Shown here: positions 42,035 through 52,331 of the stretch, in pieces
Numbering within the stretch: position 1 is the first letter of the stretch
How the letters are laid out: each line of letters starts with the position of its first letter
DNA from: an uncultured Verrucomicrobiae bacterium
Lineage (GTDB): Bacteria > Verrucomicrobiota > Verrucomicrobiia > Chthoniobacterales > JAFAMB01
Assembly (NCBI GenBank): GCA_963813025.1
Contig: CAWEXO010000014.1
Location: forward strand, 384,001-448,000
Direction: 5' to 3'
DNA length: 64,000 nucleotides
Position numbers and translations under genes: made by a program
Notes under the pieces: model-generated
Database searches by the model: none
What the model was told of the DNA's origin: nothing
The model's input: only the letters and a program-made list of their open reading frames with translations

Positions 42035-43204
42035 ATGAGTTTGCGCATTTTAACTCTTTGTTACGAATGGCCGCCGGTGGGCGGCGGAGGTGGTCAAGCC
42101 GCCAAAGACGTCGCCGAGGTTCTGGTTAAACGGGGTTACCGCGTCCGCGTACAAACGATTCGGCTGGGAGCTATGCCCCGGCGCCAGTTGGAAAACAGTG
42201 TCGAAGTTTTTCGCACCTGGGGTTTCCGGCGTCGCGCGGACCGTTGCACGCCCTGGGAAATGGCCGGGTACATCGTCACGAGCGTTGGACCGACGTTAGG
42301 GCATTTACGGGAATTCAGGCCAGATCTCGTTCACGCCCATTTTGCCGTACCTTCCGGGGCGCTGGCCTTTGCCGTCGCTCGTCTGTTCCATGTGCCCTAT
42401 GTGATCACTGCGCACCTCGGCGATGTGCCCGGGGGTGTCCCCGAGCAAACGGCCGGTTTGTTCACGGTGCTCAACCCTTTGATCCGACCCATTTGGCGAC
42501 GGGCAGCCGAAATCACCGCGGTTAGCGCGCACGTGGCGCAAATGGCCGAAGCGGCTTATGGCCGGAGACCCATCGTCATTCCGAACGGCATCAGCTTACG
42601 AGATCGTCCACCGATACCCGAAAAGCTGAATGAGCCTCCGAAACTGATTTTTGTTGGTCGATTCAATCCGCAAAAAAATCTACCCTTCCTGATCCGGGTA
42701 TTGCGAGATCTGGCGGAGCTGCCGTGGACTCTGGAACTGATCGGTGATGGCGCGGAACGGGTCGCCGTGCAGACAATGGTGCGTGCGGCTGATCTCGCGG
42801 GTCGCGTGCAATTTTCCGGGTGGCTCCCCCGTGAACAAGTAGAGAACCGGCTGGCCCAAGCAGATATCTTTGTGCTGCCCTCTACCGTGGAAGGGCAATC
42901 GGTGGCGGCGTTGGAGGCTGCCCGTGCCGGGCTCGCCCTTGTCGGATCCGACATTGCCGCCTTGCGCACGACGGTTGCATCCGGCCGCAACGGGCTGCTG
43001 ATCAAAACAAATGATCCGGATGCTTGGACCGGCAGCCTGCGCGGGCTGCTGAACGATGGACAGACATTGTTGCAGCTGCGGCGGGCCAACTGGCAACGCG
43101 CCGCTGAATTCGATCTGGAGAAAGCGACCGATCAATATGAGGCGGTGTTCGCCCGAGCCTGCCTCGCTCAAAGGCCAGGTCTGTCGGACTTTGGAAATCT
43201 GTAG
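42035..43204 (+). CDS. Glycosyltransferase family 4
   Basis: EWPPVGGGG, HAHF, VGRFNPQKN, PSTVEGQSVAALEA. Confidence 0.9.
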   Translation: MSLRILTLCYEWPPVGGGGGQAAKDVAEVLVKRGYRVRVQTIRLGAMPRRQLENSVEVFRTWGFRRRADRCTPWEMAGYIVTSVGPTLGHLREFRPDLVHAHFAVPSGALAFAVARLFHVPYVITAHLGDVPGGVPEQTAGLFTVLNPLIRPIWRRAAEITAVSAHVAQMAEAAYGRRPIVIPNGISLRDRPPIPEKLNEPPKLIFVGRFNPQKNLPFLIRVLRDLAELPWTLELIGDGAERVAVQTMVRAADLAGRVQFSGWLPREQVENRLAQADIFVLPSTVEGQSVAALEAARAGLALVGSDIAALRTTVASGRNGLLIKTNDPDAWTGSLRGLLNDGQTLLQLRRANWQRAAEFDLEKATDQYEAVFARACLAQRPGLSDFGNL

Positions 43205-43362
43205 CCCGCCATCAAGCGATTGGTCGCGCGAGCGCTAGAGATCGTCTCAGAAGGCCGCACTGCCCTGTGGCGGTAGTGCGAAAATTATTCGAGCCTCAGC
43301 GAGAACTTGTTTGAGCCGGACACTTGGGTGAGCCACCCGCTCCAGATGGCTCCGCCTTCGCC
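43177..43362. repeat. Composite repeat (family D, GAGATCGTCTCA module, family A REP); resembles the empty IS110 site
   Basis: 43207-43280 matches 50581-50653 and continues into GAAAATTATTCGAGCC. Confidence 0.8.
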
Positions 43363-43399
43363 TATTCTCTTTCTGCTCCACTGGAGCGATCCACGATCC

Positions 43400-45244
43400 T
43401 TACCGCGCCAACCATTGATCCAGCAGCCAGGCGTTCCAGAGGTAAAGGCGATGATTTGATTTTCGCGCTTGATGCTCTGCGAGCCGCTGCCGGAAATACT
43501 TGGTGCGATAACGCGCATAGATGTGCCGATGTTCGCTCAGCTGCAGCATCGAGTCGTTGAGAAACCATTTCCCAATTGGGATGCCAAAACCTTTCTTTGG
43601 TCGGGTCAGGACTGCGCGCGGCAGAATCGGTTCAAGCGCCTTTCGCAGGATCCATTTGGTCTGGCCCCAGTGAAATTTCAGCCGGGACGGGATCCGACGG
43701 GCGAGTTCGACTACCTCGTAGTCGAGAAAAGGGCAGCGTGCTTCCAAGCCATTCATCATGCTCGCCCGATCGACCTTGGTCAGTATATCGTTCTGCAAAT
43801 ACAGCTTAATAAAAAATTGTTGGGTGCGGCTGAGGAGATCGAGCTGATTGGAATTGTCCCATGCGTCGATGGCCTCGGAATAGATCTCTTCAGGGTCGAG
43901 TTTCTGGTGGAAAAGGTCGGCCAACTCCTTCGGCCCGAGCGGCCCCATCCAGATCGGAAGCCAGTAGCGGCTCGGGAAGGAGAGCCCTTTCAAAGTCTGC
44001 TTGAGCTTGAAATCAAAGCTCAGGTTGCGGTGACCGATGGGCAATCGTGCGGCGAGCAGCCGAACACAAAAATGGACCGGTTTGGGTACCAGTTTCGCGT
44101 AGATCTGGGCGCGGTGCAGGGCCTTGAATGGATCGTATCCGCAAAAGAGTTCGTCTCCGCCATCGCCGGCCAGAGCGACAGTCACGTGCTCTCGGGCGAA
44201 TTTGCAGAGAAGATAAGTGGGGAGCAGTGACGGATCGCCGAGAGGTTCATCCAGGCGGTCGATGATCCCGGGCAAAAGTTCCTTCGATTTTTCCAGGGAC
44301 AGCGTTTGGCTGAAATGCGCGGTGCGCAAGCGTTTCGCAACTTTGCGGGCTTGCCGGCTCTCGTCGTAAGAGGGTTCTTCAAAACCCACAGTAAAGGTCT
44401 TCAGGTCCGGCACCGCCTGTTTGGCGAGCGCCGCCACGGCGGACGAATCGATCCCGCCACTGAGAAACACCCCCAACGGGACATCCGAGAGGAGCCGCCG
44501 GTGAACGGACCTTCGCAATGCTTCGGAAAGCGCTTCGGCCGCGATCTCCGGTCGACGCAAGCGCGTGTCGGGTTCCGATCGATAGTCCCAAAACTGTTTG
44601 ATCTCGAGCTCTCCAGAATCGACCTGAAAGGACATCCAGAAGCCCGCCGGCAGTTTCCAGATGCCTTCAATTGCCGTTCGCGGCGCCGGGATATAGCCGT
44701 ACGCGAAATATTTCTGGAGCGACAATTCCGAGAGCGATTTCGGGCCTTCGGGGTGAAACATCAATGCGGAAAGCTCCGACGCGAACGCCAGCTGGGTGCC
44801 CCGGTGCCAGAAGTAAAAAGGCTTTTTGCCGAAACGGTCGCGAGCGGCAAAAAGGTTCTTTTTCTGGCGATCATAGATCGCGAACGCCCACATGCCACTG
44901 AGTTTATCGAGCACTGCCGGTCCGTGCTCGACGAACCCGAGGAGCAAGGTTTCGGTGTCCGAATGATCCGTCGAGAAACGCCGACCCTTAGTCTCCAGTT
45001 CCGTCCGCAGATCCGCATGATTGTAGATCTCGCCGTTGTAAACAATGGCGTAACGCCCATCGGGAGTGGTCATCGGCTGATGGCCGCCTTTCAGGTCAAG
45101 GATCGCGAGTCGGCGATGACCGAGGAAAACCGGTGGATCAAGCCGATAGTCTTCGCCATCCGGACCGCGATGAGCCAGCGCGCGAGTCATCCGCTGCAAG
45201 ACTTCAAGATTCCCCGACCCACAAAAACCCGCGATACCGCACAT
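43400..45244 (-). CDS. asnB: Asparagine synthase (glutamine-hydrolysing) family amidotransferase
   Basis: (M)CGIAG, HRGPD, NGEIYN, LSGGIDSS, GDGGDELF, KKGF. Confidence 0.93.
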   Translation of the reverse strand: MCGIAGFCGSGNLEVLQRMTRALAHRGPDGEDYRLDPPVFLGHRRLAILDLKGGHQPMTTPDGRYAIVYNGEIYNHADLRTELETKGRRFSTDHSDTETLLLGFVEHGPAVLDKLSGMWAFAIYDRQKKNLFAARDRFGKKPFYFWHRGTQLAFASELSALMFHPEGPKSLSELSLQKYFAYGYIPAPRTAIEGIWKLPAGFWMSFQVDSGELEIKQFWDYRSEPDTRLRRPEIAAEALSEALRRSVHRRLLSDVPLGVFLSGGIDSSAVAALAKQAVPDLKTFTVGFEEPSYDESRQARKVAKRLRTAHFSQTLSLEKSKELLPGIIDRLDEPLGDPSLLPTYLLCKFAREHVTVALAGDGGDELFCGYDPFKALHRAQIYAKLVPKPVHFCVRLLAARLPIGHRNLSFDFKLKQTLKGLSFPSRYWLPIWMGPLGPKELADLFHQKLDPEEIYSEAIDAWDNSNQLDLLSRTQQFFIKLYLQNDILTKVDRASMMNGLEARCPFLDYEVVELARRIPSRLKFHWGQTKWILRKALEPILPRAVLTRPKKGFGIPIGKWFLNDSMLQLSEHRHIYARYRTKYFRQRLAEHQARKSNHRLYLWNAWLLDQWLAR

Positions 45245-45250
45245 TCCTGT

Positions 45251-45555
45251 GCAGCTAATCAGGTGGACAGCTCGCAGTCAATCGAGCGGAAGGACGCGAG
45301 TGGAAGCGGAGGAAGCGGAGGGAGCGGCTTCAGCGGAGGAAGCTAGCGTGAAGGCTGGGCCAGATTAGCAGTAGGCAAACTTTGTGCGAATCACCTTGGA
45401 GTGCGCGCGACTTGTCGCCGCTTTAGGATTCGCGCGGAGCGCGGCGCGATCAAGGACCCGAACCACCAAGTGCGGGAAGTTCCCTGGCGAAACCGCCTCG
45501 TCGGCAGCCGCGCTCCGCGCAGTCTCAAAGCGGCGACAAGTCGCGCGCACTCCAA
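45251..45555. repeat. Family C repeat (45251-45350) and family B doublet (45396-45555)
   Basis: Direct similarity to the copies at 7019 and 1018. Confidence 0.8.
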
Positions 45556-45676
45556 GACCGCCGGCCGTCCTTGCCGCATGCTCTTCATTTTTGGCATTCT
45601 TCGGTTTGTGGCATTTGTGGCATTTTCCCTCGCCGCGCTCTTTCATTCGCTCATCCCTCGAAGCTCTGTCCCCGGG

Positions 45677-47485
45677 ATGCTGTTGCTTTTCGGCGGATGG
45701 GTGTTTTTCGGCGGCGCCATCACTGGGCTAGGCGCCGGTCTCACGCGATTGTATCACGTCGCTGACTGTGAGTCGCAAAGCCTCACCAGCTGCTTTTGGT
45801 CGGGTCTTGCCGCGCTCGTCGCATTGCTGCAGATCATCAACCTCTTCGCTGCGATCGACTGGAAAATTGTGGTGCTCATCGTCGCGATCGGTTGGGCTTT
45901 CTTATTCCTTTCGGCTTCGCGCGTGGAGCTCCCCTGGGTAAGTCGACCCTCGGCACTTGGGACGCGGGACTCGGGACGCGCGACTCGGGACTCGGGACTC
46001 GGCACTCGGGAAGGGGGACTCGGCACTCGGGACGGAGGACTCCGTACCCGGGACTCGGGACTCGGTACCCGGGACTCGGTACCCGGGACTCGGGACTCGG
46101 GACTGGGGACAATTCACTGGATCGTTCTGGTCCTGCTTGGCCTTTGGATTTCAAACCACGCACTGGCTGCTCCCTCGGGCGATGACGGACTTTACCATCT
46201 GGCTAGCGTTCGCTGGGCTAACGAATATCGGCTGCCTCCGGGCATTGGGAACCTCCATGAGCGACTCGCCTTCAATCAGTCTTTTTTTCTGCTGGTCGCT
46301 TTCTTGAACAGTCTGCCGGTCCCGGGCTTCGGACATTCGTTGGCGAACAGTCTCCTGATCATGGCGCTGCTTTGGACGATCACTGAACGTCAAATTCGCG
46401 AACCGAGAATCGAGCTGAGCCTCCTGATCCCGGTCACCTTGTACTACCTGCTGAGTGCCCTGGGTGACTCCACTTTTTTTGCAAATGCCACGCCCGACGT
46501 TGCCGTGTTTGCACTCGAAACCGTTCTTTTTATCTACGCACTTGAGCTTTCCGATGGTCCACCGCAAAACGTCAACCTTCTGCTGGCCATGGCCGCACTG
46601 GCTGTTACCTTTAAGCTCTACACTCTCGCTTTTTCTGTTGGAACGCTCCTCCTGACCGGCTGGTGGATATGCCGCAAGAACATCGTTGCGCGGCATCGAC
46701 TTCGAATTGGCAGTGCCCTGTGCGCAATCCTGCTGATCGGCTGGATTATCCGAAGCGTCGTAGCCAGCGGCTGCCTGGTTTTTCCGGTGGCCGCCACTAC
46801 GCTGCCCGTGCCGTGGCGGGTGCCAGTCCATCTCACCGTGAACTCGGCCAACTGGATTCGGAGCTGGGCGCGCGAACCGTTTATGCACTGGTCGATTGTT
46901 CTCGGATCAAATGATTGGATTCAAACCTGGATCCCGAGAACGATAAGACACCCGGCCGTACAGGCGCCGCTGTTTCTGGCGGTGCTCGCCTTGGTCGCGC
47001 GAATGATTGTTCGTCCAACACAGGAACCCGGCAGAGCCTTTCTCCTTCGCGGGTTTGTCCTTGTCGCGATCGGCTCACTCGGTTTCTGGTTTTTCACCGC
47101 ACCGGATCCGAGATTTCTTGGCGCAATCATCTGGATCCTGGCCATCTCGCTGACAGCTCTAGCATTCCCTCCGCGAGCGGCGCGTGCGCGGATCGGAGTG
47201 CTGATCCTTTTCTGGTTGATGCCGATTTATGGCTTAATTCTGGTCGGTTACGATATGGTTCGGGTCCCGCCCGGACATCTTATGCAGCCCGTGCCAAACG
47301 TCCCGATGCGGACCAGGCAGACAACGAGCGGATTGATCGTTCTCGTGCCTGTGACAGGCAATCAATGTTGGGATGCGCCTTTGCCTTGCACCCCATATTT
47401 TCGGCCGCAGCTTCGCCTGCTGGGGCCCGGTCAGGGCGACGGGTTCTGGCTGGACGAATCAGCCGGCCGAGAATCGGACTTTTAG
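45677..47485 (+). CDS. Polytopic membrane protein (LIC_10190-like) containing a heptamer array
   Basis: DDGLYHL, PGIGNLHERLAFN, FTAPDPRF, CWDAPLPCTP; the start codon is uncertain. Confidence 0.75.
   Translation: MLLLFGGWVFFGGAITGLGAGLTRLYHVADCESQSLTSCFWSGLAALVALLQIINLFAAIDWKIVVLIVAIGWAFLFLSASRVELPWVSRPSALGTRDSGRATRDSGLGTREGGLGTRDGGLRTRDSGLGTRDSVPGTRDSGLGTIHWIVLVLLGLWISNHALAAPSGDDGLYHLASVRWANEYRLPPGIGNLHERLAFNQSFFLLVAFLNSLPVPGFGHSLANSLLIMALLWTITERQIREPRIELSLLIPVTLYYLLSALGDSTFFANATPDVAVFALETVLFIYALELSDGPPQNVNLLLAMAALAVTFKLYTLAFSVGTLLLTGWWICRKNIVARHRLRIGSALCAILLIGWIIRSVVASGCLVFPVAATTLPVPWRVPVHLTVNSANWIRSWAREPFMHWSIVLGSNDWIQTWIPRTIRHPAVQAPLFLAVLALVARMIVRPTQEPGRAFLLRGFVLVAIGSLGFWFFTAPDPRFLGAIIWILAISLTALAFPPRAARARIGVLILFWLMPIYGLILVGYDMVRVPPGHLMQPVPNVPMRTRQTTSGLIVLVPVTGNQCWDAPLPCTPYFRPQLRLLGPGQGDGFWLDESAGRESDF
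45952..46112. repeat. About 23 tandem GGGACTC-like heptamers inside the CDS
   Basis: Translates as repeated GTRDSGL. Confidence 0.9.
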
Positions 47486-47562
47486 CAGATCGCCGAGTCC
47501 GCAGAGTCTGGCTCACGGCTAATACACCGAGTAGAGCGAATACGGACCAGCAGCAATTGCTG

Positions 47563-49269
47563 CTAATCGGGTGTCTGGGCGGGCTTTGCTTCTGCGAACT
47601 GATGCTCTCCAATCTGCTTGCGGCGATAGGACCCTTCCGAGACTGGTATCAGCAGGTAACTGATTATCATCGCCAGCCCGAGCAGAAAACCAGGAGCATA
47701 ACCGATTCGGTATCGGACGACGTCTAGCGAAATTACGATAGCAATGGTGAGTGCACTTCCATAAGCCGCAGCAACAACCGATAAGATTGCCAATCCGGCG
47801 AGACGGAACGGTCGGCCTTCTGGCCGTAACCAGACAATAGTAATGGCTGCAAAAAACGCCAATTGCAGCCAAAGGGTGCCAAGAGCAAGCAAGTGTGCCA
47901 ACCTAGCTAAAACCGGAAACCCGGGCGGATGAGGCCGATCTCCTTCAACCCTCTCCAAACTCTCTTTGTACGATTGGTAGATCTTCTGCACCTCTAGTGA
48001 AAACGGACTACTGGGCAAGCACGAACGTGAAGTAGCGAATTTGTCCAACTCAATCGACCTCGCGGTCGAGTAAAAATCCCCGCCTCGTGGAAATAGAAAC
48101 AATGTTATCTGCTTTGCTATCTTCTGGAGCATTTTGAAGGGAACCTGGAACCATGCTCGAAAATAGGCAGAGTAGCAGGCAGCCGCCAGTTCACGATCGT
48201 TCCATCCTTCTTTCTGTTGGATGTTAGGAAAAAAACCAGAGAGATATAGGATGTAGTCGGGTTGGAAGCCGAGAGTAGGATAGCCGCTCGGCTGCTTCCG
48301 GGCGGTCCGATAAGCCTTCTTTAATTCTTCGTGAAATATCTCGTCCGGCACGCCAGGGTTATGCACACCGGGTGAGACTGTCTCAGGAGTCGTTTCCAAT
48401 ATTTGCTTGGAGTGAATACAAACGAGCAAAGAAGGGAGAAAGAGCTGCGTGTCCTTTTGGAAACCCAATATTTTCGGAAGAAAGAATAGGAACGCGAACG
48501 CGACAGCGCCAGCCAGCAATGGTCCGAAACGCATGATGCGTGTCGCTTTGCCAAACGCGCCGGCAACGAGAGGCAGCAAAGTAAAGCCGAGCGAAAAACC
48601 CCAGCTCGGTTTCAATAGCAGAACGGCATACGACAACCCGAGCGTTGCAGCCCCAAAAGCGATGGTCGACCCTGTCCGCCGCGCTTTCCAGCGCGCAAGA
48701 AAAAAAGAGATGAGGCAATAAAGATAAAGCAACTCGAAGAACGCCAACATGCCCTCCGGCCTAATCGAGTTCTCCAGCAGCGCTTGGTCTGAGTTCAGCG
48801 CGTAGAGCGCAAGCAGTAGTAGCGTCACAACGAGGCACGCCCAACGCCAAGCTGGCTTTTGCAGCGGTAGCAACCGTAACCACGAACGCCAAGCCAACCA
48901 AAAAAACAGGATACTAGCGAGCCCAAGAACTCGCTGTACGTATGTGATCGCAGAGAAAGCGCCACTGACCTTGAGGATTCCAGCGAGCAGCGCCGGATAC
49001 AGCCAATCTCTTCCGTTGGTTTGTTCAAAGCCGATGCCGCTTAGCCAGTGAAGCGCGGGGCGTAAATATCCCCAAGTATCCCCATCGGCAACCGGAACGA
49101 CTGGCAATCGGGCCCGGACAAGAAGACCCCCTATTGCGATGCCGATGACAACACAGACCGCGAGAAGGTCGAACAGAAAGCCAAACTGGCTGAAGCGTGC
49201 GACGCGCTGCATGGAAGCAAGCAACATCCAGCTAACGGCCGCTAATGGCTCGAGTGTTTTCGGCAGCAA
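47563..49269 (-). CDS. Polytopic membrane protein, possibly GT-C fold
   Basis: Many TM segments; DGDTWGYL first-loop motif; follows a GT2 gene. Confidence 0.7.
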   Translation of the reverse strand: MLPKTLEPLAAVSWMLLASMQRVARFSQFGFLFDLLAVCVVIGIAIGGLLVRARLPVVPVADGDTWGYLRPALHWLSGIGFEQTNGRDWLYPALLAGILKVSGAFSAITYVQRVLGLASILFFWLAWRSWLRLLPLQKPAWRWACLVVTLLLLALYALNSDQALLENSIRPEGMLAFFELLYLYCLISFFLARWKARRTGSTIAFGAATLGLSYAVLLLKPSWGFSLGFTLLPLVAGAFGKATRIMRFGPLLAGAVAFAFLFFLPKILGFQKDTQLFLPSLLVCIHSKQILETTPETVSPGVHNPGVPDEIFHEELKKAYRTARKQPSGYPTLGFQPDYILYLSGFFPNIQQKEGWNDRELAAACYSAYFRAWFQVPFKMLQKIAKQITLFLFPRGGDFYSTARSIELDKFATSRSCLPSSPFSLEVQKIYQSYKESLERVEGDRPHPPGFPVLARLAHLLALGTLWLQLAFFAAITIVWLRPEGRPFRLAGLAILSVVAAAYGSALTIAIVISLDVVRYRIGYAPGFLLGLAMIISYLLIPVSEGSYRRKQIGEHQFAEAKPAQTPD

Positions 49270-50275
49270 TGGAAGCCCGTCCCTGGTTCGGAAAATTTCG
49301 TGTTTCGCGAATGTTATAGATTGTCTTGCCTTGTGACTCGAAGAAGGTCCGCGTTATCATCTCCGCCAAAAGTCCCAGCAGGAGACACATCATTCCAATC
49401 ATCAGTGTCATCACCGCGATCAAGGGCAAAGGAGTCATGATAAACGAGACATTCTCGCGAAACTTGAGCTCGATCATCCAGAGAAACGTGATCAGGCCGA
49501 CGACAAAGCTGAAGAAAGCGCACCCGCCGAAAAGGTACATCGGTTTGTGAGCCGCTTTATCGAGGAACTTCACTACCAGGAGATCGAGGAGAACCTTGGC
49601 GACCCGCTCGAGACCGTATTTGGATCGACCAGCTCGCCGCGGGTGATGGTTGACGACAACCTCCGTGATTTTCGCGCCGTGCCAGGACGCGTAAATGGGC
49701 AAAAATCGGTGCATCTCGCCGTAAAGCCGGATACCGTCCACCACATGCCGTTTGTAGGCCTTCAACGAGCATCCAAAATCATGCAGCTGCACTCCCGACA
49801 CTGCTGAGATGAGCTTGTTCGCCAGGATACTCGGCACATTCCGCCGCAAATAATTATCTTGCCGATCCTTGCGCCAGCCGGACACCACATCATAACCATC
49901 GTCCAGGCGCTCCAGCATTTTGGAAATGTCGGCTGGATCATTCTGCCCATCGCCGTCGACTGGAATAATGACGTCACCCCGTGCGTGATCGAACCCCGCC
50001 ATCATAGCGGCAGTCTGTCCGCTATTTCGTTGGAAGTGAATGACGCGAACGCGTCGATCTTCGATCGCTAACCCGTCAAGGATTTCCTCTGAGCTATCTG
50101 CGCTGCCATCATTGATGAAGATAATCTCCCAATCCCGACCAAGGGCGGTCAACTCGCGGCGCAACCCTTGAAAGAGATCGATCAAGGTGTCCTGCTCGTT
50201 CAATACAGGTACGATTACGGAAATCGCTCCTGACGGACGGTGCTTCTCAGTTGGTTCGCCGAAAAATTTCTCCAT
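49232..50275 (-). CDS. Glycosyltransferase family 2 (ArnC/polyprenol-P glycosyltransferase-like)
   Basis: INDGSAD, DGDGQND, LHDFGCSLKAY, YGEMHRF, two C-terminal TMs. Confidence 0.92.
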   Translation of the reverse strand: MEKFFGEPTEKHRPSGAISVIVPVLNEQDTLIDLFQGLRRELTALGRDWEIIFINDGSADSSEEILDGLAIEDRRVRVIHFQRNSGQTAAMMAGFDHARGDVIIPVDGDGQNDPADISKMLERLDDGYDVVSGWRKDRQDNYLRRNVPSILANKLISAVSGVQLHDFGCSLKAYKRHVVDGIRLYGEMHRFLPIYASWHGAKITEVVVNHHPRRAGRSKYGLERVAKVLLDLLVVKFLDKAAHKPMYLFGGCAFFSFVVGLITFLWMIELKFRENVSFIMTPLPLIAVMTLMIGMMCLLLGLLAEMITRTFFESQGKTIYNIRETRNFPNQGRASIAAENTRAISGR

Positions 50276-50684
50276 ACATCCGGTTACGGATCGACCGGGC
50301 TGCTTGTGAGCGGTCCGAGATCCTTGAGCCAGTCACCTGGACAAACGCTCGGATTATCAGGTTTGCTCTCGCAAAATGCAAACGGTCGTTTTTGCTCAGC
50401 GGCAGTGCAGCTGATCAGCTGGGCAACAGATCAGTCAACTGGGCGGAGGGGGCGGCGGGAGCGACTTCAGCGGAGGGATGTAGCGCGAGAGCGCGCCGAA
50501 GCTTACAATTGTCTCATCCACGATCATTCGTTGACCCCGATGAGTCCGGGCCTCTTCCGACTTTGGGTAATTTGTAAGTACGCCATCAAGCGATTGGTCG
50601 CGCGAGGGCTAGAGATCGTCTCAGAATGCCCCACTGTCCTGCGCCGGTAGGGCAGTATCTGAGCAGGTCTGGCAAGGGAAAAAG

Positions 50685-51959
50685 TTAAAGTTTTTCACCG
50701 ATTGGTGAGTGGCGTTTTTTGAGGACTTGGAGGTAGCGCTCTTCGTCATAAGGGGTGCGGTCCTGCCAGAGCCGGAAGATGACGCGGATCCATTTAAAGG
50801 CCAAGGCGCGCACGGCAGTGTGGTGGGACTTACCGCGGGCCATTTGCTCTTGATAATAGAGCTTGGCCCATTGGGAATAAGGAATGGAATGAGCCGCGAA
50901 TTCGTGGAAGCTCTGGCACAGGAATTTGGAGCGAAAGCGCCGCCGCTGGACGCTTTTGGTTTGGCCGCTGCGCACTTGGACCGGAGCGATTCCGCTTTTT
51001 TTCTGTACCTCCAGGGCTTGGGCAAAAGCCTGCCGATTGGAGCCAAAAGCCACCAACAAGCGCGGGGCTAATTGCGGGCCGGCTCCGGGCAGACTTTCAA
51101 AAATGTGCCGATCGGGATGTTTGGCAAACAGAGTGTGGATGGCTTTGTCAAAAGCCTTGATGGAATCTCGCAGCGGCAACAATTGACTGACCAAACACTT
51201 GCAACTCAGCACGGAGGGCTCCAGCAGAGAACGATCCTCGGTGACGGTTTGGGCCCGAGCAATCTTTTCCAAGCGCTCCTCGATCAAGCTCTGGCTGCGG
51301 CTGTGGTGCTGATAAAAAAAAGAGCGCAGGGTCTGGGGCTTGGCTTTTTTTAAACTCTGCAGGGTCGGCCAGCGTTTCAAAAAATGCAGCGCCAGAGTGG
51401 TGCCCAAATCATCGAGGAGCTCGAGGGCCAGCGGATAGTAGACTTTGAGTAAGCTGGTGAGTTGGTTTTCGCACACCACGGAGGCCTCGACGGCTTTGCG
51501 TCGGTGCTGACCGAGCAAATCCAGTTCCCGCACTACCGGCTCCGGGGGTTGATAAAGCCGGAGCCGATCCCGATGGTGATCAACGAGCTCTTCGATCAAT
51601 TGGCTGTCGCGAGGGTCATCCTTGGCGCCACTAGTAAAGAAGACCTTGCGGTATTCGCTTAAACTCAAAGGATTGAGCGGATAGAGGTCGATCCAGTCTC
51701 CCTGGGTGCGGAGCATTTCAAAGAGTGCTCCCCGATTTTGTTCAAAACCAATGGCCACCCGCCCCTGCGGACCAGCCAAGCTTTTGAGCTCTTCGAGCCA
51801 GGTCCGAACCGAAACGGGATCGGCGCCCAGCTGGAATGTCCGGCATCCTCCCTCCGGACCAGAGCGTTGACAGACAGCGTGTTCTTTATCAGCCCAATCG
51901 ATTCCCACGCTGACCATATAATGGGGATCTGGGACCGGAAACGGATTTGATCGGTTCAT
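50685..51959 (-). CDS. IS110-family recombinase/transposase
   Basis: DEDD residues in VGIDWAD, GFEQ and KDDPRD; SGIAPVQVRSG; AAGGAG RBS. Confidence 0.95.
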   Translation of the reverse strand: MNRSNPFPVPDPHYMVSVGIDWADKEHAVCQRSGPEGGCRTFQLGADPVSVRTWLEELKSLAGPQGRVAIGFEQNRGALFEMLRTQGDWIDLYPLNPLSLSEYRKVFFTSGAKDDPRDSQLIEELVDHHRDRLRLYQPPEPVVRELDLLGQHRRKAVEASVVCENQLTSLLKVYYPLALELLDDLGTTLALHFLKRWPTLQSLKKAKPQTLRSFFYQHHSRSQSLIEERLEKIARAQTVTEDRSLLEPSVLSCKCLVSQLLPLRDSIKAFDKAIHTLFAKHPDRHIFESLPGAGPQLAPRLLVAFGSNRQAFAQALEVQKKSGIAPVQVRSGQTKSVQRRRFRSKFLCQSFHEFAAHSIPYSQWAKLYYQEQMARGKSHHTAVRALAFKWIRVIFRLWQDRTPYDEERYLQVLKKRHSPIGEKL

Positions 51960-51974
51960 GCTTGCTCCTTTTTT

Positions 51975-52325
51975 CTGGTTTTACCCAGCGCGAAAAAAGC
52001 CGCTTGGCTTTGGCCGTCCGAAATCCGTATAGTTAAGTCGTCGAAGTGTGAAGTGCTCGACCTCAACTAGAGTATTCGTTGTGACGAATCAAAGCGCGAC
52101 CGGCTGGCTCGAAACTCTGCCCTAAAGATCTCGCGGACCCGAAAATCCTATTCGTAGCCAGCCGGCGCGTCCTTCTTCGCGTGGGCAGCGCGGGATTTTG
52201 CCCGACTGCCCTTGGCAAAGAAAACCCTTTCTTTTTTCCAAAGCTTTCTTTTCTCCGGGCGGAGTTATTCACAAGCTGGAGCTCCGACCGGTAGGGCCTC
52301 CGACCACAGCTTGCTGAATAACTCC
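51975..52325 (-). ncRNA. Predicted bridge RNA (ends approximate)
   Basis: Target loop closed by stem 52100-52109/52156-52165 carries ATTTTCG and TAGGGC; donor loop carries ATACT and CTATAC. Confidence 0.8.
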
Positions 52326-52331
52326 GGACTT

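Noticed and set aside
45401..45676. N-terminal part of the 694-aa ORF
   Set aside because: Reads through family B and other repeat sequence (compare 52590-52620); the later ATG is more plausible
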